Shown here in pieces: positions 53,301 through 61,902 of a stretch of DNA of 64,000 bases. Source of the DNA: an uncultured Bacteroidales bacterium (GTDB lineage Bacteria > Bacteroidota > Bacteroidia > Bacteroidales > UBA932). The DNA lies in NCBI GenBank assembly GCA_947630665.1, contig CANRID010000009.1, forward strand, positions 688 through 64,687, written 5' to 3'. The notes beneath the pieces are model-generated. The model did no database searches and had not been told where the DNA came from. It worked only from the letters and a program-made list of their open reading frames with translations. The position numbers were made by a program, and so were the translations under genes. Each line of letters starts with the position of its first letter. Position 1 is the first letter of the stretch.

Positions 53301-54344
53301 ATCCTGGGGGCTTTGATATAGCCACGGGCGCGCCGGGGATTTCTCCCAGTTTCTGGGTATCTGCATGGCTTCCCTGCACCCGGGATCCGTCAGCTCTCCG
53401 GCTAATTCTTCCGGCGAAAGCGCCGGGTTGGTGCCGGGATTGGCTTCCACTTTTTCGGAAAAGCGGGTATAGGAGGTCATATAAACGGCGGTGCCGGCTA
53501 TCGGGAAGGAACCTTTGCCTCCCGCAATCCTGTCCCGGATTTCTCCGCCGCTTCCGGTGGCGGCCCCGTTGAACGGCTCTACGGTTGTCGGGAAGTTATG
53601 CGTTTCGGCTTTAAGGGAAATGACTGTCTTTTCGTTTTTGGTAATGAAAAAGTCGGGCTTGCTTCCGCTTGCCGGATAAAACATGTTTATTTCGGGTCCT
53701 TCCATGAAGGCGCAATTGTCTTTATAGGCGCTCACAATCAGATTCGGATGTTCCTGCGAGGTCTTTTTTATCATTCGGAACAAAGAACTTTCCATTTCTT
53801 TCCCGTCTATGATAAAAGTGCCGTTGAATATTTTATGCCGGCAATGCTCGCTGTTGACCTGGGAGAATCCGAAAACTTCGCTATCGGTAAGATTCCTTCC
53901 CAACCTTTTGCTGAGCTCTTCCAGATATACGATTTCTTTTTCATTCAGCGCCAGACCTTCCCGGAGATTGTATTCGGCGATATCCTCTATGTAAATGACC
54001 GGTTCCGGTTGTTTGTCCACCTTGAATATATCCTGGTCCAATCCTTCGTATAGACGTTGCAGCATCCTGTCGTAAAGCGGATTCTCTCCGGTGAAAGGGA
54101 AAAATTCCTCTATCCGGACAATCCCCGGAATATTCATGTTCTGGGTAATTTCCACGGCTGCGGTACTCCACGGGGTTATCATTTCCCTGCGGGGACCGAT
54201 GAATTTTCCGGAAATAGTATCCGAGGATATCTGTTCGGCCTCCGAGAAAAGCCATTGCAATGCTTTAATACGGTCGGGTGTTAATTTGTGCGAGATTTTG
54301 ACGGCGATTACCGTTCCCTGCTCTGCGCGAAAGAAAAGAATCAT
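50394..54344 (-). CDS. purL: phosphoribosylformylglycinamidine synthase (single-chain large PurL)
   Basis: 1316 aa. N-terminal PurS-like domain, duplicated AIRS domains (HNFPT..., SAHDxxxGG-type segments), and a C-terminal glutaminase (GVCNGCQ, ...PHPER). Confidence 0.96.
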   Translation of the reverse strand: MILFFRAEQGTVIAVKISHKLTPDRIKALQWLFSEAEQISSDTISGKFIGPRREMITPWSTAAVEITQNMNIPGIVRIEEFFPFTGENPLYDRMLQRLYEGLDQDIFKVDKQPEPVIYIEDIAEYNLREGLALNEKEIVYLEELSKRLGRNLTDSEVFGFSQVNSEHCRHKIFNGTFIIDGKEMESSLFRMIKKTSQEHPNLIVSAYKDNCAFMEGPEINMFYPASGSKPDFFITKNEKTVISLKAETHNFPTTVEPFNGAATGSGGEIRDRIAGGKGSFPIAGTAVYMTSYTRFSEKVEANPGTNPALSPEELAGELTDPGCREAMQIPRNWEKSPARPWLYQSPQDILTKASNGASDFGNKFGQCIICGSLLTLEYDPRCEARGVFCREAAKTPVFGYDKVIMLAGGIGYAKKRDSLKGKPGAGDSVVLLGGDNYRIGMGGGAVSSVNTGQYNNAIEMNAIQRSNPEMQKRAYNAIRALAESDDNTIISIHDHGAGGHLNCLSELVEETGGNIDIAKLPIGDPTLSLKEIIGNESQERMGLVMKKEDVEELKKIAERERAPMYVIGETTGEHNFTLRNEKTGETAIDLQMKDMFGSAPKTYMEDTSQEYALPPLRYERDKFGYYLEQVLQLESVACKDWLTNKVDRSVTGLIAGQQTVGEIQLPLNNLGVTALGYNDSQGIATSIGHAPLAALADPAAGSRLAIAEALTNVVWTPLVNGIKGISLSANWMWPCRNEGEDARLYKAVRGASDFACALGINIPTGKDSMSMTQKYPDGEKILSPGTLIISAAAPAKDIYNIVRPNLKPVTESTLVYIPFTREEARLGGSALAQILGQAGASVPDIADPDYFAACFEGVQQMIEEKLVLAGHDISAGGLITTALEMCFANTEGGLEIDMQAIAAIPGYGKKPEEAIIDCFFAENPGVLLQIENKHLGRIREIIPGAWPIGKYIDGRRLDIMNGTENITLSIDRCRDIWYKTSYLFDIRQVGEKCARERYQNYKKQPLHYKFPDGFTGSLKSYPGAATSDTPAGTPARPAATAPVAAIIREKGSNGDREMAWALYLAGFRVKDVHMTDLISGRETLEDVSMIAFVGGFSNADTLGSAKGWAGAFLYNPKAKAALDKFYRRKDTLSLGVCNGCQLMAELGLITPENRAASPKMKHNISHKYESGFVGIEIPESPSVLLKSLVGSRLGIWVAHGEGRFSFPYQEAQGYQIGTGDNTRPYDWSDFKIAARYVYDAYPANPNGSPMGIAALCSIDGRHLAIMPHPERCLRPWNWPYYPDNAVEAGLIGHEVTPWIELFVNGRKWCEQTREHQ

Positions 54345-54481
54345 GTTTTTCGTTAAGTTTTATTTTTAATCCAAACTTTCAAATTTACGGGTTTTTTTCG
54401 GGACGGACAAGAGAAAGTTCATTTGTACCCTAAGATGCGCCCGGGTTTGACGATGATGATCCGAGTGTTTTGTTTTTTTCC

Positions 54482-54489
54482 TATTTTTG
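54482..54489 (+). promoter_or_regulatory. -7 promoter box (TATTTTTG) for folC
   Basis: Exact TAnnTTTG match. It overlaps the TTG start of the longest track ORF, so the folC start must be at 54502 or later. Confidence 0.5.
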
Positions 54490-54501
54490 CCACCTGCAAT
54501 A

Positions 54502-56073
54502 ATGATGGAAATGACACAGCAGGACTATGACAGGGAAATCGAATTCATTTTCAACAGATTTCCCAGCTACCAGAAGGTAGGCGGAACCGCTTATAAGCCG
54601 GGAATCGGGACAATGCGGAATTTGGATGACCTGATGGGGCATCCTCATAGAAAATTCAGATCGATACATATCGCCGGAACGAACGGAAAAGGATCGGTCA
54701 GCCACATGCTGGCGGCCGCCCTTATGGAAACGCCTCCTGAATTTGCCGGTCTCTTGCGGAATGCCTATCCTTTGGAAACTCCATCCCGTCGGGAAAAAGA
54801 ATGCCTGCCATTAAAAGTGGGCTTATATACTTCGCCCCATTTGCTGGATTTCAGGGAAAGGATCCGGATAGACGGGGAAATGATCGGGAAAGAGTTCGTA
54901 TATGATTTTATTCTAAAATACAAAGAGGCCTTTCTTAGGTATGAGGCGTCGTTTTTTGAAATTACCACAGCCATGGCTTTCGCCTATTTCGCGCAGCAGG
55001 GGGTGGATTTTGCCGTAGTGGAATGCGGTCTGGGAGGACGCCTGGATTCTACGAATATTATTATTCCGGCGGTGAGCGTCATTACTAATATCGGATTGGA
55101 CCATTGCGAGTATCTCGGGCATACATTACCGGAAATTGCGCGTGAGAAAGCGGGCATTATCAAGCCGGGCGTTCCGGTGGTGATCGGGGAGAGCGAATCT
55201 TCTTCGGTTAAAAAAGTCTTTTTGGAAAAAGCCCGGGAAATGAATTCTCCGATTTATTTCGCTTCTCTTTTGGGAGAGGAAGCGGGCAAGGAAGATAGGA
55301 CAGCTTCCGGGAGTTCGGGGGTCGGTGAGGGTCCCGATAGAGCGGATAGCTCCGATGAGGATATTTATTGGCGGGCCCGGGAATTACACGGCCTGATCAA
55401 ACGGGATGAAATGGATCTGAGAGGGGCGTGTCAGGAGAAAAATATTAAAACAGTTTCTTTAGCGTATGCCGTATCGGTCTTAGGACGGTTGCCGGAGACA
55501 GGAGCGATGGAATCCGGGGGCAAGGAAGCAGGGCTCTTGATGAGGGCGGCCGTGGGTGGAATAGTCCGGGCGGCGGCACGGACCGGGTTGCGGGGCCGTT
55601 GGGAGACTTTGTGCGAACGACCGAGAATCATTTGCGATACGGGGCATAATGCACATGGATTCAGACTGCTCGGCCCTCAGATTGTAGAAGAGGCTGCCAA
55701 ATACGGGAGATTGATTATGATTTTCGGGGTGGTGGCGGATAAGGATCTGGATTCCATCGTCGGTTTTCTGCCGAATGAATATTCGAACAGAGAAGGAAAA
55801 CGGTTGAAGGCTTGCTATTATTTCGTGAATGCTTCCGGCCGCCGGGCATTGCCAGCCGAGGTCCTGGCGTCCCGGTTGCGGAATTACGGTTTTACGGGTC
55901 GCGCCGTATGCCGAATGCCGGAATCGACGGGCGAGGATAGGGGTTCCGGACTCGGTTCTGTGGGAAAGGCTTTGGAAATGTATATGAAAGAACAGCGTGC
56001 GGAGGATTTGGTATTTATCGGAGGAAGTACCTTTGTGGTGGCGGAGGCAATGGAATTTTTTGAAAAAAAGTAG
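54502..56073 (+). CDS. folC: bifunctional folylpolyglutamate synthase / dihydrofolate synthase, with several insertions
   Basis: HIAGTNGKGS P-loop, YTSPHL, ECGLGGRLDSTN, ITNIGLDHCEYLG, EKAGIIKPG. Several Gly/Ser/Glu-rich extra segments. Confidence 0.9.
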   Translation: MMEMTQQDYDREIEFIFNRFPSYQKVGGTAYKPGIGTMRNLDDLMGHPHRKFRSIHIAGTNGKGSVSHMLAAALMETPPEFAGLLRNAYPLETPSRREKECLPLKVGLYTSPHLLDFRERIRIDGEMIGKEFVYDFILKYKEAFLRYEASFFEITTAMAFAYFAQQGVDFAVVECGLGGRLDSTNIIIPAVSVITNIGLDHCEYLGHTLPEIAREKAGIIKPGVPVVIGESESSSVKKVFLEKAREMNSPIYFASLLGEEAGKEDRTASGSSGVGEGPDRADSSDEDIYWRARELHGLIKRDEMDLRGACQEKNIKTVSLAYAVSVLGRLPETGAMESGGKEAGLLMRAAVGGIVRAAARTGLRGRWETLCERPRIICDTGHNAHGFRLLGPQIVEEAAKYGRLIMIFGVVADKDLDSIVGFLPNEYSNREGKRLKACYYFVNASGRRALPAEVLASRLRNYGFTGRAVCRMPESTGEDRGSGLGSVGKALEMYMKEQRAEDLVFIGGSTFVVAEAMEFFEKK

Positions 56074-56131
56074 GAGCTTATTATTTTTTTGTAGGATAAA
56101 TAAAAAATACATACCTTTGCGGGGCAAAAAG

Positions 56132-56206
56132 GGGAGCATAGCTCAGCTGGTTTAGAGCATCTGCCTTACAAGCAGAGGGTCAGGGGTTCGAATCCCTTTG
56201 CTCCCA
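56132..56206 (+). tRNA. tRNA-Val (anticodon TAC), copy 1
   Basis: Acceptor GGGAGCA/TGCTCCC, D arm GCTC...GAGC, anticodon stem TCTGC/GCAGA with loop CTTACAA, T arm AGGGG-TTCGAAT-CCCTT. A TACCTTTG -7 box lies at 56112-56119. Confidence 0.9.
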
Positions 56207-56340
56207 CAGGCGGGAAACCGCATATCCGGGTCCGCCGGAATCTCGGGGAGAGAAAAAGTGTGAGGGCGTTTCCGGGAAATGAGGAGGTCTGCATTTTTTT
56301 GTAGATAAATAAAAAATACATACCTTTGCAGGGTAAAAGA

Positions 56341-56415
56341 GGGAGCATAGCTCAGCTGGTTTAGAGCATCTGCCTTACAAGCAGAGGGTCAGGGGTTCGA
56401 ATCCCTTTGCTCCCA
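56341..56415 (+). tRNA. tRNA-Val (anticodon TAC), copy 2
   Basis: Sequence identical to copy 1. A TACCTTTG -7 box lies at 56321-56328. Confidence 0.9.
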
Positions 56416-56500
56416 CAGACGGGAAACCGCATATCCGGGTCCGCCGGAATCCCGGAAGAAAAAGAGAAAAATGTGAGTGTGTTTCCGGGAGAAATGAGGA

Positions 56501-56530
56501 GGTCTGCTGTGGCAGGACTCTTTTTTTGTT
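56501..56530 (+). terminator. probable terminator after the second tRNA-Val cassette
   Basis: Imperfect stem GGTCTGC...GCAGGAC followed by TCTTTTTTTG. It is present only after copy 2. Confidence 0.45.
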
Positions 56531-56679
56531 TTTCCGGTAGAGAAGGGGTCTCCGGAAGACTGGACATCCCGTCAATGGGGCCCCCCGGAAACGTTCCTGT
56601 GAACGCCTTGTGTTACATAATATGTTGATTATCAATATATTGGATTGCATTTTTTTTTTTCTAAAAATAGGGAAAATAT

Positions 56680-56711
56680 TTTGTAGAGGAATTGAAATAT
56701 GTTTAATTTTG
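56680..56711 (+). promoter_or_regulatory. polysaccharide-locus promoter: -33 TTTG (56680-56683) and -7 TAATTTTG (56704-56711)
   Basis: Both Bacteroides consensus elements are present with a 20-bp spacer. They are followed by a ~125-nt purine-rich leader up to the upxY ATG at 56841. Confidence 0.5.
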
Positions 56712-56840
56712 CGACATTTGAGAGAGGGATTTGTGGGGGATCAGGGATAACAGGAACAGGAACAATCCAAAGGGAAGGAGAACCGGCATCGGGAGATGAG
56801 GCGGGAGAGCAAAGGAAACTTCCAGGGAAACAGAAGGAGC

Positions 56841-57377
56841 ATGACAGAAACAGAGAACGACATATTGCCGGCGCGGGGATGGTTTGCGCTATATACGGCG
56901 CCACGGAGCGAGAAGAAAGTGGAGGCGAGGCTCGGTGAAGCGGGAGTGGAACATTTTCTGCCGATGTTGAAGGTGATGCGGCGTTGGAGCGACCGGGTGA
57001 AGGTAGTGGAGGTGCCGCTGTTCAGTTCCTATATCTTTGTCAGGTGCTTGATGTCCGAGTTAGGGTGCCTGAACCGTATCTACGGGGTGGTGAGGATAGT
57101 GTACTATAACGGGCGTCCGGCGAAGGTGCGGGAAGAGGAGATCGGGCGGATCCGGGATTTTGTGAAGCGGGCGGACCGGTGCGAGTTAGTGACGGGGGAT
57201 CGGGTTGAAGTGGTGTGCGGCTTGCTTAAGGGGGAAGAGAGGCTTGTGAGCGGGCAGATCCTCCAGGTGCAGCGGGATTATTTAGTGCTGTATCTCGAAC
57301 AGCTCGGGGTAAAGGCGTGCGTGAAAAAATGCGAAGTGAAAAAAATACAGAAGAAAAAATATGAACAGGAGATTTAG
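56841..57377 (+). CDS. UpxY-family (NusG-like) transcription antiterminator
   Basis: WFALYTAPRSEKKVEARL...HFLPM...RWSDRVKVVEVPLFSSYIFVR (NGN domain) plus a C-terminal KOW-like segment. First gene of the polysaccharide locus. The ATG at 56841 is preferred to 56796. Confidence 0.85.
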   Translation: MTETENDILPARGWFALYTAPRSEKKVEARLGEAGVEHFLPMLKVMRRWSDRVKVVEVPLFSSYIFVRCLMSELGCLNRIYGVVRIVYYNGRPAKVREEEIGRIRDFVKRADRCELVTGDRVEVVCGLLKGEERLVSGQILQVQRDYLVLYLEQLGVKACVKKCEVKKIQKKKYEQEI

Positions 57378-59769
57378 TGTAACAGGAGCGGTCCTGGGCC
57401 TGCTGTTATTTTGCGGGACATTGGGAGCGCAAAGCCAGGCGGATATAGAACTGGCCAGACAGCTGGCGCGTTCGCAGGGCTATACGGAACAACAGATAGA
57501 CGAGATGCTGAAAAGGTCTGGAGGGAGCAAGGCGGCCGAAGCGCAGACTGTCCGGGTGATAGACCGGAATGCTGGCATCAGCGGAATCGAGAATGGTCTC
57601 GCGGAATACGGTGTGTCGGGCACGCAGGAGACGGAGAGAATCCGGAGAGGTCCGGAGGTACAGGAAACAGATACGGCCGTTTTCGGACACGGGATCTTTA
57701 GGAACAAGAATCTGACGTTCATACCCAGCTACAATATACCGACGCCGGAGAATTACAGGCTTTCGTCCGGGGACGAGGTCGTGATCGATGTGTGGGGCGC
57801 CACGGTGACGAACATCACGGCAGAGATCACGCCGGAAGGGAGCATCACTATACCGGACTTGGGGCCGGTGTACATCAACGGACAGACGGTGCGGGAGGCG
57901 GAAAAGAACATAAAGGATTACCTGAGCAAAATTTATTCGGGAATCAGCGACCCGACGCCGAATACGTTTGTGAAGCTGGCATTGGGGAAGATAAGAAGCG
58001 TTACGGTGAATGTGCTGGGGGAAGTGATCCGACCGGGTTCATATACGCTGCCTTCGCTATCTACGGTAGCGTCAGCCCTGTATCTGGCGGGGGGACCGTC
58101 GAGATTGGGAACCATCCGTAATATAAAGGTGTATCGGCGGCATGTTCAGGTGGGCGTTTTTGATGTCTATAGCTTTGTGGAGACAGGAAATGCGGGAGGA
58201 GATATCCGGTTGGAAGACAACGACGTAATCATGGTCGGACCGTATGAAGGGATCGTAAGTGTATCGGGCTCAGTGAAGAGACCGATGCGGTATGAGATGA
58301 AAGCGGGGGAAACGTTAGAGGCGTTGCTGGGGTATGCGGGAGGCCTGACGGATAAAGGCTATGTCGGAGGAGTCCATATAGACCGGACGCAGGGTCCTAA
58401 GCGGGAGTCGTTCGATGTAGATAGAAAAGACTTCGGAACGTTTGAGATTCTGGACGGGGATGAGGTGAGTGTGTATCCGAATCCGGACAGATACCGGAAT
58501 CGGGTTGAGATAAGCGGGGCGGTATGGCGTCCGGGCTTTTATTCGATATCGGATACGGTTCAGACGGTGAAAGGCCTGATACAGGCTTCGGGCGGACTTC
58601 GAGAGGACGCGTATCTACAGAAAGGGTATATAGAAAGGTACGGGGAGAAGCGGGAGAAAGAACAGGTGTCCTTCAATCCGGGGGCAGTGCTTTTGGGAGG
58701 AGAGACGGTGCGTCTTATGCCGGATGATAAGGTGCTGATCTTTTCGATGGATTCGTTGACTCCGGTCCAAACGGTGTCTGTTTCAGGGGAAGTGAATGTT
58801 TTTCCGGAGGGGAGCGGACAGTGGTCGCAAAAGTACCCGTACCGGAAAGGCATGACTCTGGGCGATGTGATTCTGATGGCAGGAGGCCCCAGAAACGGGG
58901 CTGCACTGAACAATGTGGAGGTAGCCAGACGTATAGGAAATACAGCGGGACGGAATGATTCCGGAAAGGAATCCCTGTCGGATACAATCGCTGTGATAAT
59001 GAAATTCGACCTGCTGAGGGATGCATCGGGAGCGGATTTCCAGCTGGAACCGTTCGATGCGGTTTTCGTGAGGCGGAGCGTGCAGTACAAGCCGCAACAA
59101 ACGATTAGGATAGAAGGGGAGGTGACTTATCCGGGAAATTATGTGATAGAGAAGAACACGGTGCGTCTTTCGGATGTGATAAAGAGGGCAGAAGGAGTCA
59201 ATAAGGATGCGTATGTGAAAGGAGCGAAACTGACACGTATTTTGACGAGAGAGGAGTCCACACGGTTGGAGATAGCCATGCAGATAGTGAGGAATTCGGG
59301 TTTGGACACGATGAAAATAGACTCACTGGAAAGTGGCGACAGATATTATGTAGGAATTGATTTAGAGGAAGCCTTGAAGCATCCGGGATCGTTTGCGGAT
59401 GTGGTATTGAGGGATAACGACATCATAACGGTACCGAAGCTGGATAATACGGTGAAGATATCGGGAGGGGTATATCGGCCGAATACGGTGGCGTTTGATC
59501 CACGGTACAAGATAAGCCGCTATATCTCGAATGCGGGGGGATATTCGAAGGGAGCGGTCAAAAGGAAAATGTATATGGTACATATGAACGGCTCTATAGC
59601 GCGGAGAGGGGCGAAAGACTTCAAGGTCCGGCCGGGCACGGAAATCATAGTACCGATGAAGGATATGTCCAGCCGGAACAGGCTTTCCGTGGCGGAAGTG
59701 CTGGGGATGGTCAGCTCTACGGCGAGCATCGCGGCCATGGTGGTAAGCATAACCCAGATGGTGAAATAG
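57361..59769 (+). CDS. polysaccharide export protein (Wza/BexD-like with multiple SLBB domains)
   Basis: 802 aa. Signal peptide, N-terminal Poly_export-like motif (YRLSSGDEVVIDVWG), repeated SLBB-like segments, and a C-terminal hydrophobic helix. Confidence 0.85.
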   Translation: MNRRFSVTGAVLGLLLFCGTLGAQSQADIELARQLARSQGYTEQQIDEMLKRSGGSKAAEAQTVRVIDRNAGISGIENGLAEYGVSGTQETERIRRGPEVQETDTAVFGHGIFRNKNLTFIPSYNIPTPENYRLSSGDEVVIDVWGATVTNITAEITPEGSITIPDLGPVYINGQTVREAEKNIKDYLSKIYSGISDPTPNTFVKLALGKIRSVTVNVLGEVIRPGSYTLPSLSTVASALYLAGGPSRLGTIRNIKVYRRHVQVGVFDVYSFVETGNAGGDIRLEDNDVIMVGPYEGIVSVSGSVKRPMRYEMKAGETLEALLGYAGGLTDKGYVGGVHIDRTQGPKRESFDVDRKDFGTFEILDGDEVSVYPNPDRYRNRVEISGAVWRPGFYSISDTVQTVKGLIQASGGLREDAYLQKGYIERYGEKREKEQVSFNPGAVLLGGETVRLMPDDKVLIFSMDSLTPVQTVSVSGEVNVFPEGSGQWSQKYPYRKGMTLGDVILMAGGPRNGAALNNVEVARRIGNTAGRNDSGKESLSDTIAVIMKFDLLRDASGADFQLEPFDAVFVRRSVQYKPQQTIRIEGEVTYPGNYVIEKNTVRLSDVIKRAEGVNKDAYVKGAKLTRILTREESTRLEIAMQIVRNSGLDTMKIDSLESGDRYYVGIDLEEALKHPGSFADVVLRDNDIITVPKLDNTVKISGGVYRPNTVAFDPRYKISRYISNAGGYSKGAVKRKMYMVHMNGSIARRGAKDFKVRPGTEIIVPMKDMSSRNRLSVAEVLGMVSSTASIAAMVVSITQMVK

Positions 59770-59787
59770 GTAATATGTGATATAGCA

Positions 59788-61776
59788 ATGTCGGCACTGA
59801 GAAGATTGTGTGAGAATATAGTGAATTCGCCCTATGTGAGCCGGTGGGTGGTTCTGGGCATCGATTCGGTGGCCTCAGCGGTGGCTACGGGGATCGTGTA
59901 TCTGACCATCGGATTCTTTATCCGCTCATCGGCGCCGGCCATGACATACGGATGTATCCTGTTGAGTTCGTTTGCGGTGAGTACAGGAATTTTCCTGCTG
60001 TGCGGGACGTACAAGGGGATCATAAGGCATACGACGATGCGCGAGGTATGGCGGATATTCCTGGCGGTGGTCCTGAAATCGGCGGTTCTACTGGGAGTGC
60101 TGTGCCTGCTGCGGTCTGTGTTCAGAATGACCTTGGATGCCCGGAAAATAGCGATAGGAGAAATGCTGGACATCATGTTCTCGCTGTTCATGTTGGTTAC
60201 ATTGCGGGCGGTGTTGATCAGTATCTACGGGTTGTTCATGGACTCGGTGAAGCGTGCCACGAAACGGGTGCTGATCTACGGGGAAGACAATGAGAGCATC
60301 TCGCTGGCGAGTTATCTGGCGAACAGCAAGTATGCGGAATACAGGGTCATCGGCTATGTAGTGCTGGGAACGAAGATCAAGCGACTGCAACTGAGCGGAT
60401 TGCCGGTATATACGATAGACAGTTATGCCTATTTCAACGAAGTGATAAGGAAGAAGGGGGTCAATGCGATCGTGTTTCCGGACCAGAAATCGGCGCTGGA
60501 GGAGAAAGGACGTCTGATTGACTACTGCATCAAGGAGCATATTAATGTGTATCTGCTTCCGCAGCTGGGGAAGGTATCGGATCCGAGGAACATTACGGCC
60601 CATATACGGAAAATCGGGGTCGAGGAGCTGCTGGGGCGGGAGGAGATAACGGTGAATATGGGGGAGATACAGCAGTTTCTGTCGGGAAAGGTAGTATTGG
60701 TGACAGGTGCCGCGGGCTCGATAGGGAGCGAGTTGTGCCGGCTGATTTCGGGGTTCGATATCGGTCAGTTGCTATTGTTGGACAATGCGGAGACGCCGTT
60801 GTACAATATACAACAGGAACTCACGGACCGGGCACACCGGAACGGGACGTTCGATCCGGAGGCTTTTGAGAGGAAGTACAAGTTCCTGATAGCGGATGTG
60901 AGGAATCGGGCGCGGATAGAGGCACTGTTCGACCACTACCGGCCTCAGATCATCTTCCATGCGGCGGCCTACAAGCATGTACCGATGATGGAATGGAATC
61001 CGTGCGAGGCAGTGAATGTGAATGTGATGGGAACTCGGATCGTTGCGGATGCGGCGGTGAAGATCGGGACAGAGAAAATGATCATGATCTCGACGGACAA
61101 GGCGGTGAACCCGACGAATGTGATGGGGGCGAGCAAACGGATTGCGGAGATTTATGTGCAGTCGCTGAGCCGGGCGATCATGTCGGGAGAACATGAAGGC
61201 CGGACGAAGTTCGTGACTACGCGTTTCGGGAACGTATTAGGGTCTAACGGATCGGTGATATTGCGGTTCCGGGAACAGATCAAGGCAGGAGGTCCGGTGA
61301 CGGTAACGCACAAGGATATTATCCGGTATTTCATGACGATACCGGAGGCATGCCGGCTGGTACTGGAAGCGGCGACGATGGGGGAAGGGTATGAGATCTT
61401 CGTGTTCGATATGGGAGAACCGGTGCGGATAGCGCGTCTGGCGGAAAATATGATCTCGCTGGCGGGGTTCAAGCCGGGAGAGGAGATTCAGATAGAATAT
61501 ACGGGACTACGACCGGGAGAGAAGCTGTATGAAGAACTGCTGAACTGTCAGGAACATATCATCCCGACGGCGAACAAGAAGATTTCGGTGGCGAAGGTGA
61601 AGGAATACAAATATACGGAAGTGGTCTCCCAGCTGACGGAGCTGAAGGCGCATGCGAAGGTAGCACAGACTATGGAGACGGTACGGATCATGAAGGAGAT
61701 CGTTCCGGAATTCAAGAGCCAGAACTCGGTCTATTCGGTTCTGGATGACGGGGGCGAGGTAAAAGCTGCGGTGTGA
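59788..61776 (+). CDS. CapD/WbpM/PglF-type membrane-anchored NDP-sugar 4,6-dehydratase (polysaccharide biosynthesis protein)
   Basis: Four N-terminal TM helices, then Rossmann VTGAAGSIGSEL, YKHVP, STDKAVNPTNVMGASKR. Confidence 0.88.
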   Translation: MSALRRLCENIVNSPYVSRWVVLGIDSVASAVATGIVYLTIGFFIRSSAPAMTYGCILLSSFAVSTGIFLLCGTYKGIIRHTTMREVWRIFLAVVLKSAVLLGVLCLLRSVFRMTLDARKIAIGEMLDIMFSLFMLVTLRAVLISIYGLFMDSVKRATKRVLIYGEDNESISLASYLANSKYAEYRVIGYVVLGTKIKRLQLSGLPVYTIDSYAYFNEVIRKKGVNAIVFPDQKSALEEKGRLIDYCIKEHINVYLLPQLGKVSDPRNITAHIRKIGVEELLGREEITVNMGEIQQFLSGKVVLVTGAAGSIGSELCRLISGFDIGQLLLLDNAETPLYNIQQELTDRAHRNGTFDPEAFERKYKFLIADVRNRARIEALFDHYRPQIIFHAAAYKHVPMMEWNPCEAVNVNVMGTRIVADAAVKIGTEKMIMISTDKAVNPTNVMGASKRIAEIYVQSLSRAIMSGEHEGRTKFVTTRFGNVLGSNGSVILRFREQIKAGGPVTVTHKDIIRYFMTIPEACRLVLEAATMGEGYEIFVFDMGEPVRIARLAENMISLAGFKPGEEIQIEYTGLRPGEKLYEELLNCQEHIIPTANKKISVAKVKEYKYTEVVSQLTELKAHAKVAQTMETVRIMKEIVPEFKSQNSVYSVLDDGGEVKAAV

Positions 61777-61902
61777 GGGAGCCCGGGTGTCGGGCGGTGA
61801 AGAGTACTACTCCCGGACATCCTGGAGGTGTGATTGGAGGCATGGCGGATATGGTCGGAACGGGAGGAACGGGGATAACGGACAAGAATCAAGAAAACAA
61901 AT

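Larger units (their letters stand above)
56083..56507 (+). repeat. tandem duplication (~210 + ~215 nt) of a promoter / tRNA-Val / ~90-nt trailer cassette
   Basis: Units 56083-56292 and 56293-56507 align end to end: ATTTTTTTGTAG(G)ATAAATAAAAAATACATACCTTTGC ... GAGGAGGTCTGC. Differences are scattered substitutions and indels, outside the tRNA body. Confidence 0.9.

Noticed and set aside
56166-56650. Two minus-strand ORFs (56166-56348 and 56375-56650) with similar C-terminal peptides (...VGAKGFEPLTLCL).
   Set aside because: They are the antisense of the duplicated tRNA-Val cassettes. Their similarity simply reflects the DNA duplication.
56593-56757. Possible invertible promoter for the capsule locus: GTTCCTGT (56593-56600) and ACAGGAAC (56750-56757) flank the promoter. 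The left copy sits in AAACGTTCCT, which resembles the Mpi-type ARACGTWCGT repeat.
   Set aside because: The inverted repeat is only 8 bp with no extension on either side, which is likely by chance in a ~200-bp region. There is one mismatch to the Mpi consensus, no matching right-hand copy, and no invertase gene in the window.
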